Assembly: GCA_002269645.1 (NCBI GenBank)
Contig: NIVC01000041.1
Span: 248,001 to 312,000 of the forward strand
DNA: 64,000 nt
Direction of reading: 5' to 3'
Source: Macrostomum lignano
Taxonomy: Eukaryota
Position 1 is the stretch's first letter; each line of letters opens with the position of its first letter. Shown here in pieces: positions 11,931 to 21,744 of this stretch. The notes beneath the pieces were generated by a model. It was not told the DNA's origin and made no database searches. It saw only the letters and a list, made by a program, of their open reading frames with translations. Both the position numbers and the translations under genes were made by a program.

Positions 11931-14900
11931 ATGATTGAAGAGCACTCATTTGGCCCAGTTCCAATCACTTGTCACAGCTTTAATAAAGACTGCAGCCAAT
12001 TGGCCCTGTCGCTCAATTCCAACACTGTGGACATCTATAAAAAATCTGGCCAAAAATGGGAGAAGCTCCAGTCACTGGAGGAGCACAGCGAACGGGTCAC
12101 CAGCATCGACTGGGCCGCCAATACTGACCGCATTGTCACGGCCAGTGCCGATAGGAATGCCCACGTCTGGACTCGCGATTCCACTGGCCAATTTCGGCCA
12201 ACCCTGGTGCTGCTACGAATTGATCGGGCCGCTACAGTGGTTAAATGGTCGCCATTAGAGAATAAATTTGCTGTTGGCAGCGGCGCTAAACTGGTGTCCG
12301 TGTGCCACTTTGAACCTGTGAGTAGCTCTTTATTACTGATTTCATTTTAGGATTACAGGAATTCCCTTTGATTTCTGTAGGATTCCAAGAATCCCCTTTT
12401 ATCTCTGTAAGATTCCAGGAATTCCCTTTTATCTCTGTAGGATTCCAAGAATCCCTTTTATCTCTGTAGGATTCTAGGAATTCCCTTTTATCTCTATAGA
12501 GGATTCCAGGAATCCCCTTTTATTTCTGTGGATTCCAGGAATCCCCTTTTATCTCTGTAGGATTCCAGGAATCCCCCTTTATCTCTGTAGGATTCCAGGA
12601 ATCCCATTTTATCTCTGTAGGATTCCAGGAATCCCATTTTATCTCTGTAGGATTCCAGGAATCCCATTTTATCTCTGTAGGATTCCAGGAATCCCCTTTT
12701 ATCTCTGTAGGATTCCAGGAATCCCCTTTTATCTCTGTAGTATTCCAGGAATCCCCTTTTTATCTCTGAAGGCTTCCAGGAATCTCCTTTTATCTCTGTA
12801 GCATTCTAGGAATTCCCTTTTATCTCTATAGAGGATTCCAGGAATCCCCTTTTATCTCTGTGGGATTCCAGGAATACCTTTTTTATCTTTATATAGGATT
12901 CCAGGAATCCCCAAAGGTTATATCTCTTTGGGATTCCAGGAATCCCCTTTATCTCTGTAGGATTCCAGGAATCCCCTTTTATCTCTGTAGGATTCCAGGA
13001 ATCCCCTTTTATCTCTGTAGCATTCTAGAAATCCCATTTTATCTCTGTAGGATTCCAGGAATACCTTTTTTATCTTTATATAGGATTCCAGGAATCCCCA
13101 AAGGTTATATCTCTTTGGGATTCCAGGAATCCCCTTTTATCTCTGTAGGATTCCAGGAATCCCCTTTTATCTCTGTAGGATTCCAGGAATGCCTTTTTAT
13201 CTTTATATAGAATTCCAGGAATCCCCTTTTATCTGTGTAGGATTCCAGGAATCGCCTTTTCTCTGTAGCATTCCAGGAATCCTCTTTTATTAGGATCCTC
13301 CTTTATATCTACGTTGGATTCCCTTTCATCCCTGTGTCTGTTAAAGTATTTTACAATCCAACAGTTGAATAGTGATGCTTTATACTACTTACCTACTAAT
13401 TAGCACTTAACATCTGACCTTCAGGAGCACAACTGGTGGGTGTGCAAGCAGATCAAAAAGCCGTTCAAGTCTACTGTGACCTGCCTAGCCTGGCACCCGA
13501 ACAATTGCCTATTGGCCGTAGGGGCAACCGATTTCAAAGCTAGAATTGTTAGCGCCTATCTAAAAGAGGCCGACGAGAAACCGGCCGCCACCTGCTGGGC
13601 GGCAACATGAAATTTAGCAACGTTATGGCCGAGTACACCAACGGAGGCAGTGAGTTGCTGAGGGTTATTTTCTATTGTTTTTTTAAATGCGCCAATGGTC
13701 ATCTTAAGCAGTTGAATTAAGTGGGTAACCTTACGACATCTGTATAGATCATTGAAGGGGTATTATCACACTGGAGGTAACGCCACTATTCCTGGCGAGG
13801 GGTATTTTCCCTAAGGGATCCTGAGGGGAGAGAGTATCAATCCTAAGGGGAGGGTATCGATCCTGAGGAGAGGGGTATCGATCCTGAGGAGAGGGGTATC
13901 GATCCTGAGGGGAGGGGTATCGACCCTAAGAGGAAGGGTATCGACCCTGAGAGGAAGGGTATCGATCCTCAGGGGAAGGGTATCGATCCTGAGAGGAAGG
14001 TTATCGATCCTGAGGGGAAGGATATCGATCCTGAGAGGAAGGGTATCGATCCTGAGGGGAAGGTTATCGATCCTGAGAGGAAGGGTATCGATCCTGAGAG
14101 GAAGGTTATCGATCCTGAGGGGAAGGGTATCGATCCTGAGGGAAGGGTATTGACCCGAGGGAAGGAGGGTATTGACCCGAATGAAGGCGGGTATTTATCC
14201 GGTAGATTAGGTATCGAATCTCAGAACGAGCGGTTGACTTGTGTCAATCAAATTAGAGTTATTTTGCATTTTTGACAGCTTTAATTGCTAGTGTGCCAAC
14301 TCGTACTCAGGACAACAATTTAGGCCGTTTCTAAACTTGCCAAAATGACTTGGGAAATCTTAAATAATTTTTTTTGATAAAACGTTGACATCCTTACCTG
14401 TTTAGACTCAGATACTTATCGCGGTAAGTTAAATATCACAATTTTTATTTCCTTTCCTATTAAAACGTGTTGTGTTTTTAAAAAAGGTGTAAATTATTAT
14501 TAGTTATTATTGCTGTGCGAATCCCCTCTTGGACTATTGAGCCCGTGTACGGTTAGTGAATGTTGTCTTTTTATAAGCATCTAAACGGTGTCCGCTTGCT
14601 CGGTTCTTGCATTACCGTAGCATCGGTCTATTTTAACCTGTTCCTTACCAGCCTTTTCTAGTACTTAGATTTTTAGATTTTTGAAAATCGACAATCACCT
14701 CTGCATGCGACTGATGTGTTGTTCATACAGTTGACGTATTGCCACCCCTATATGAAATTATGAAACTGCTGTTTTTATACCTGTCTTCTAATTAGTGTGT
14801 TGTTCCTTGCACTGAAGGACTGGAGGGTTTAGCCCAGGCAAAGAAAAATACTAAATAATAGAAAAATACTGATAGACCAGACAGGATAGATACTGATAGA

Positions 14901-16958
14901 CCAGGCAGGATAGATATTGATAGACCAGCCAGGATAGACACTAATAGACCAGATAGAATCAAGATTTTGATAGCACAGATAGAAAAGACACGAATAGACT
15001 AGATAGAATAGATATTGATAGACCAGATAGAATAGACACGAATAGACCAGATAGAATCAAGATTTTGATAGCACAGATAGAAAAGACACGAATAGACTAG
15101 ATAGAATAGATATTGATAGACCAGATAGAATAGACACGAATAGACCAGATAGAATCAAGATTTTGATAGCACAGATAGAAAAGACACGAATAGACTAGAT
15201 AGAATAGATATTGATAGACCAGATAGAATAGACACGAATAGACCAGATAGAATCAAGATTTTGATAGCACAGATAGAAAAGACACGAATAGACTAGATAG
15301 AATAGATATTGATAGACCAGCTAGAATGGCCACTGAGTAACACTAAAGTATTCTGTTTTCATTGTGCTGAATTCTTGAAGCTCTATCATTTTCGCAGGAA
15401 ACTAGAAATCCATTTGAGCGAATCCTGGGAGACTAAAAAAGGCATTTATGACGGTGTTGCCTGCTATTTTGTTAAGTTTTCTAGACAGATTTCCTTAATA
15501 GAAAAAACCGTTTTCCGCCCACTCAAGGCGGTTGGATCCGTGACGTTGCTTTCAATGGGGACGGCAGCTTGATGGCCTGGGTGTCGCACGATTCTTCCGT
15601 GTCCGTTGCCAATGGCTCGACCCAAACCTTGGCCGTGCTCCGTTTCGCTATGCTGCCAATGCTGACCTGCTGCTGGCTTAGCGACACGGCCCTGGTGGCC
15701 GCCGGACACGACTGCTACCCGGTGGTGTTCCGCTACGAGGCCGGCTCAGCCAGTCTGTCCATCGCCGGCCAGCTCAACATGTCGGCCGATCAGTCTGGCG
15801 GCTCGACCAAAATGACGGCTAAGACTATGTTCGGCAATATGGACCGGATGGCCACGGAGGATAGTGTTGAGAAATTGACCACCGTTCATCAGAACTCTAT
15901 CAAGTAAGGGCTTGGCTAAGGAATTGAAGTCATATACTCTTCTCTCAGCTTTTATTCTCCATTCTCCCTCTGCCTTTTCACTCTTGCACTCTCCTTTATC
16001 TTGAAATTTCCTTTCCCAATCTCCATCTGTTTTGTCATCTGTTTCTCCTCTCTGCGCGTTCTTGCTATTACTGACCAACTGACTCATTGACAATGACTAA
16101 TTCACTGACTCACTGACTGACTTTATGACTCACTCTCTTCATTAACTGACGGACAATCCTACTCACTCACTCATTCACTCACTCAATCACTCACTCACTC
16201 ACTCACTCACTCACTCGCTCACTCACTCACTCACTCACTCACTCACTCACTCACTCACTCACACACACACTCACTCACTCACTCACTCACTAAAACACTC
16301 ACTAAAACACTCACTCACTTACTAACTGACTGACTCACTCGCTCACTCACTCACTCACTCACTCACTCACACACACACTCACTCACTCACTCACTCACAC
16401 ACTCACTCACTCACTCACTCACTAAAACACTCACTAAAACACTCACTCACTTACTGACTGACTGACTGACTGACTCACTCACTCACTCACTCACTCACTC
16501 ACTCACTCACTCACTCACTCACTCACTCACTCACTCACTCGCTCACTCACTCACTCACTCACTCACTCACTCACTCACTCACTCACTCACCCACTCACTC
16601 ACTCACCCACTCACTCACTCACTCACTCGCTCACTCACTCACTCACTCACTCACACACTCACTTACTCACTCACTCACTCACTCACTCACTCACTCACTC
16701 ACTCACTCACTCACTCACTCGCTCACTCACTCGCTCACTCACTCACTCACTCGCTCACTCACTCACTCACTCGCTCACTCACTCACTCACTCACTCACTT
16801 ACCCACTCATTCACCAACCGTCACCCCGCAGCCAACTGGCCGTGATTGTAAGCGACGCCAGCCGTGTTCGCCGATTCAGCACCGTGGGAGTTGACGGCCG
16901 CCTGGTCGTGTGGGACACTGACACCATCGAGCAGAAGGTGGCCAACCTGCGCATCTGA
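11931..16958 (+). CDS. ARPC1: Actin-related protein 2/3 complex subunit 1 (WD40, p41-Arc), 4 exons, about 371 aa once a 1-nt frameshift in exon 2 is corrected
   Basis: Exons 11931-12317, 13425-13649, 15528-15903, 16832-16958. Motifs [81 protein letters not shown]. One G is missing at 13597-13599. Confidence 0.93.
12351..13290. repeat. 30-bp minisatellite (GATTCCAGGAATCCCCTTTTATCTCTGTAG), about 30 copies, ARPC1 intron 1
   Basis: Period 30 (e.g. 12531 and 12561); each unit contains the palindrome GGATTCC-A-GGAATCC. Confidence 0.95.
13820..14200. repeat. 21-bp minisatellite (GGGTATCGATCCTGAGAGGAA), ARPC1 intron 2
   Basis: Period 21 at 14041, 14062, 14083. Confidence 0.9.
14865..15320. repeat. 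ATAGACCAGATAGAAT-type array with a 98-bp higher-order period, ARPC1 intron 2
   Basis: ATCAAGATTTTG recurs about every 98 bp (~14958, 15056, 15154, 15252), built from ~20-bp subunits. Confidence 0.85.
16075..16815. repeat. (ACTC)n microsatellite, ARPC1 intron 3
   Basis: Direct reading. Confidence 0.95.
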
Positions 16959-17809
16959 TTATTGAATCCGACTGGTTTTGTCTGCTAGCGATTCACTCAT
17001 TCATTAACGGACAGGATTTCTTTAAATGAAGTCTTTTCCCTTTCGTATTCCAGACTGCAAGAAAGGCATTAGGAACAGAATATCCCGGATTAAAACTCCC
17101 ATATCCCAGAGGCTTGGCTTTTCTGCGTGTTTTATTTATATTGCTACTGTGCTACTTCCAGTAGGCTTTATATTTTCAGTATATTTTCAATAAGAAAAAT
17201 ATTAGTAATAATTAATCAAGAAATTATTTGTATGCAACAGTTGCCAAATTCAATTAAAAATATCTGTGCATACCATAATAATAACAATAAAAATGTAATC
17301 GGAGTAACCTTATTAAGGAATTAAAAATAAAAGTTTTTTGTTTAGTACGAACTTTACCCAAATCGTTTCGATGCTGTTATTTAAAAACTATCTTAATTTA
17401 TTCTTAATTAGCGAAGACAGTTAATGAGAATTGTGTACTCTCGATGAAGCGGTGTCTCATTATGTTATTAATTTTTATCGAGCTGATACAATCTGCAGAT
17501 CGAACATGTTGCGATGTTGAGAAATATGATACATTTCTGATTGTCTCTATGCTTATAGAGCTTTTTATAATTATGTCTTTGTTCTGCTGCGAATCTTTGT
17601 TGGCTCGTCGTTTTTTTCTAAACGCTTACTGATTGATTGATTGATTGTGTACTACTCAATTCACATTACAATATTCATGCACATTTATTTGAAATAAAAC
17701 TGCTAAACTTCTATAATAGGCCCTTACATGGCTCGTTTTTAAATAATACGTTTCTAGTTTCTTGCATGCACAGTTCACATGCTTATCTCATAATCTTAGA
17801 GTGACTTAG

Positions 17810-18455
17810 AGTGATAGAACTGATGGGGTTCAATCTTAGAACTGAGGGGAGTCAATCTTAGAACTGATGGGGTTCAATCTTAGAACTGATGGGGGTCAAT
17901 CTTAGAACTGATGGGGGTCAATCTTAGAACTGAGGGGGTCAATCTTAGAACTGAAGGGTCAATCTTAGAACTGAGGGGTCAATCTTAGAACTGATGGGTC
18001 AATCTTAGAACTGAGGGGTCAATCTTAGAACTGAGGGGGTCAATCTAAGAACTGAGGGGGTCAATCTTAGAACTGAAGGGTCAATCTTAGAACTGATGGG
18101 GGTCAATCTTAGAACTGAGGGGGTCAATCTAAGAACTGAGGGGGTCAATCTTAGAACTGAAGGGTCAATCTTAGAACTGAGGGGTCAATCTTAGAACTGA
18201 GGGGGTCAATCTAAGAACTGAGGGGGTCAATCTTAGAACTGATGGGGGTCAATCTTAGAACTGATGGTGTCAATATTAGAACTGAGGGGGTCAATCTTAG
18301 AACTGAGGGGGTCAATCTTAGAATTGAGGGGGTCAATCTTAGAACTGAGGGGGTCAATCTTAGAACTGAAGGGTCAATCTTAGAACTGAGGGGGTCAATC
18401 TTAGAACTGAAGGGTCAACTTAGAACTGAGGGGGTCAATCTTAGAACTGAGGGGT
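17810..18455. repeat. 20-21-bp minisatellite (GGGGGTCAATCTTAGAACTGA) between ARPC1 and the DnaJ gene
   Basis: Direct reading; ends about 45 bp upstream of the DnaJ ATG. Confidence 0.95.
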
Positions 18456-18500
18456 GGGGGTCAGGGGTCAATGTAAGCCTTCAAAACAGCAAGTTGACAA

Positions 18501-19107
18501 ATGTTACAGCACAAATTGACAGCTTTTGTTTTTGTTGGGCGCCGCGCCGCCTCGGCGCCACCTAGTCGTTGCATCCGGCGCTGGCAGCATGGGGCGTCGT
18601 CAAAGAATCATTACCAGACACTGGGCCTGAGTCATAACGCTACTGATAAAGAAATTCGCGAAGCGTTTATTCAACAATCAAAACTGTGGCATCCGGATTC
18701 GAATTCGGCCAGTACGGACTCGCACGAGCAGTTTGTTAAAATTAACGAAGCCTATAGCGTGTTGAGCAAACCGGACAGTCGAAGGACCTACGATCGTCAG
18801 CTTGGGCTTGGAGGCTTCGGCGGACCGTCTAGCGATCCGGCCTTCAGCTCGCACAGGCACTATGATTATCATCAGGGCAGGCAGCAGTCCGAACGGGACA
18901 GGTTCTACCGCTTCTACTGGGAGGAGGCGGCCGCTCAGGCTAGGCGGTCTGGCGAAGGCCCGTTCCCGACTCAGGAGGAGTACGAGAGAATGGCCAATAG
19001 GGTGTACAGGAGCTACCAGAGACAGCACCGGCAGCAAGTGAGCGCCTGTGATGACTTGCTCTCTGTCTGTCTGTCTGTCTGCCTGTCTGTCTGTCTGTCT
19101 GTCTGCC

Positions 19108-19170
<63 letters not shown>

Positions 19171-19606
19171 TAGTTGTCTCTTGTCTCTTAGTTCGACCGA
19201 TCATCAAATATAAAAAATGTTTTTATCGAAACATTTTTAGGCAACAGATCAAGCTTTCTTAATTATATCTGCTTAACTCTTTGAAGTAGGGCACGTAAAT
19301 TCCATGTGTTGCATTAATTTTACAAATCCTTGAATCCCTATCCAGACGGCGAAGGGCGGCGGCGACGGCGACGGCGAGAGCTACTCCGATTGGCGTCGCC
19401 GGATGTCTGCTGAAGACGAAATTTTCGCCCAACAGTTGCGTGAAATTCGATTCAGACAATATATGCGATACCGTCAGGCTCGCTACGCCAGATCGAATGC
19501 CAATCCGATGACAACTCAGCAGGAGGCTGAACTGCGGGTTAGAACAGTTCGATTCACTGTTCTATTTCTGGGACTGCTGATGTTGCTTTCTTCTGCGAAC
19601 ATATGA
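18501..19606 (+). CDS. J-domain (DnaJ class C, DNAJC4-like) protein with presequence-like N-terminus and C-terminal TM helix, 2 exons, 265 aa
   Basis: Exons 18501-19037 (CAA|GTGAGC) and 19346-19606 (ccag|ACG). J-domain HYQTLGL...IREAF...WHPD...FVKINEAYSVLS...RRTYD; C-terminal FTVLFLGLLMLL. The intron holds (CTGT)n at 19061-19168. Confidence 0.88.
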
Positions 19607-19627
19607 TTTTATTGATTATTGATGTTT

Positions 19628-20275
19628 GTTGGGATCCGGGATGCTGGATTCGGATCCGGGATGCTGGATTCGGATCTGGGATGTTGTGTTGGGATATAAG
19701 ATTCTGCATTGGGATATGGGATTCTGGATTGGGATCTGAGATGCTGGATTGGGATCTGGGATGCTATATTGGGATCTGAGATGTTGGATTGGGATCTGGG
19801 ATGTTGTGTTGGGATATAGGATTCTGCATTGGGATATGGGATTCTGGATTGGGATCTGAGATGCTTGATTGGGATCTGGGATGCTGAATTGGGATCTGAG
19901 ATGTTGGATTGGGATCTGGGATGTTGTGTTGGGATATAGGATTCTGCATTAGGATATGGGATTCAGGATTGGGATCTGAGATTCTGGATTGGGGTATGGG
20001 ATTCTGGATTGGGATATGGGATTCAGGATTGGGATCTGAGATTCTGGATTGGGGTATGGGATTCTGGATTGGGATATGGGATTCTGGATTAGGATATGGG
20101 ATTCTGGATTGGGATCACGGATTCTGGGTTGGGATCACGGATTCTGGATTGGGATCACGGATTCTGGATTGGGATCACGGATTCTGGATTGGGATCACGG
20201 ATTCTGGATTGGGATCACGGATTCTGGATTGGGATCACGGATTCTGGATTGGGATCACGGGTTCTGGATTGCGAT
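19628..20275. repeat. 20-bp minisatellite (GGATTCTGGATTGGGATCAC and variants) just after the DnaJ stop codon
   Basis: Direct reading; the next AATAAA is at 20425. Confidence 0.93.
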
Positions 20276-20589
20276 CTAAAATTTTAAGGTGTTATACTTT
20301 GTGTGCACGTCTTCATGAATACAGCATTTACTGCCATGTCTTATAGAGATTTTTTATCACGAATTAAAATCAAAATTGCGCATGCTTTCATTCTGTTGCA
20401 TGATGTGTAGTAACTGCTACTAGTAATAAAATAAATCATTTTAAAGATTGTCCGTTTTATTGGTTGATTGCTAGCGAGTAATTATCACTCTTCTATGCAG
20501 TGTAGATTTCAAAAGTAAAATATGTGATAGCATTTTTCTCTTCTCCTTTTCATTGAGGCTATAGTATACAGAGCTGTAATCGAAATATA

Positions 20590-21680
20590 GGACTGGGACC
20601 TACAGTCGGGACCTAGGACCTACGGTGGGGATCTAGGACCTACAGTCGGGATCTAGGACTTACAATGGGGATCTAGGACCTACGATGGGGATCTAGGACC
20701 TACGATGGGGATCTAGGACCTACAGTCGAGACCTAGGACCTACAGTCGGGACCTAGGACCTACGGTGGGGATCTAGGACCTACAGTCGGGATCCAGGACC
20801 TACAGTCGGGATCTAGGACTTACAATGTGGATCTAGGACCTACGATGGGGATCTAGGACCTACGGTGGGGATCTAGGACCTACGGTGGGGATCTAGGACC
20901 TACAGTCGGGACCTAGGACCTACAGTCGGGATCTAGGACCTACAGTCGAGATCTAGGACCTACAGTCGGGACCTAGGACGTACAGTTGGGATCTAGGACC
21001 TACAGTCGAGATCTAGGACCTACAGTCGGGACCTAGGACTTACGGTGGGGATCTAGGACCTACAGTCGGGACCTAGGACGTACAGTTGGGATCTAGGACC
21101 TACAGTCGGGACCTAGGACTTACAGTCGGGACCTAGGACCTACAGTCGGGATCTAGGGCCTACAGTCGGGACCTAGGACTTACAGTCGGGACCTAGGACC
21201 TACAGTCGGGACCTAGGCTCTACGGTGGGGACCTAGGACCTACAGTCGGGACCTAGGACCCACGGTGGGGATCTAGGACCTACAGTCGGGACCTAGGACC
21301 TACAGTCGGGACCTAGTACCTACAGTCGGGACCTTGGACCTACGGTGGGGATCTAGGACCTACAGTCGGGACCTAGGACCTACAGTCGGGACCTAGGACC
21401 TAAAATCGGGACCTAGGACCTACAGTCGGGACCTAGGACCTACGGTGGGGACCTAGGACCTACAATCGGGACCTAGGACCTACAGTCGGGACCTAGAACC
21501 TACAGTCGGGACCTAGGACCCACGGTGGGGATCTAGGACCTACAGTCGGGACATAGGACCTACAGTCGGGATCTAGGACCTACAGTCGGGACCTTGGACC
21601 TACGGTGGGGATCTAGGACCTACAGTCGGGACCTAGGACCTACAGTCGGGACCTTGGACCTACGGTGGGGATCTAGGACA
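20590..21680. repeat. 20-bp minisatellite (GGACCTACAGTCGGGACCTA), about 54 copies, directly upstream of UAP1
   Basis: Direct reading; ends about 65 bp before the UAP1 ATG. Confidence 0.95.
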
Positions 21681-21744
21681 GCCTGAGTTTATCAAGTCGC
21701 GAATCGATGATTGCTAAAACTTTCATGCGCAAAGTCCATCGAGC

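Noticed and set aside
14520-14830. Intronic snoRNA in ARPC1 intron 2
   Set aside because: No convincing C/D or H/ACA boxes with a terminal stem.
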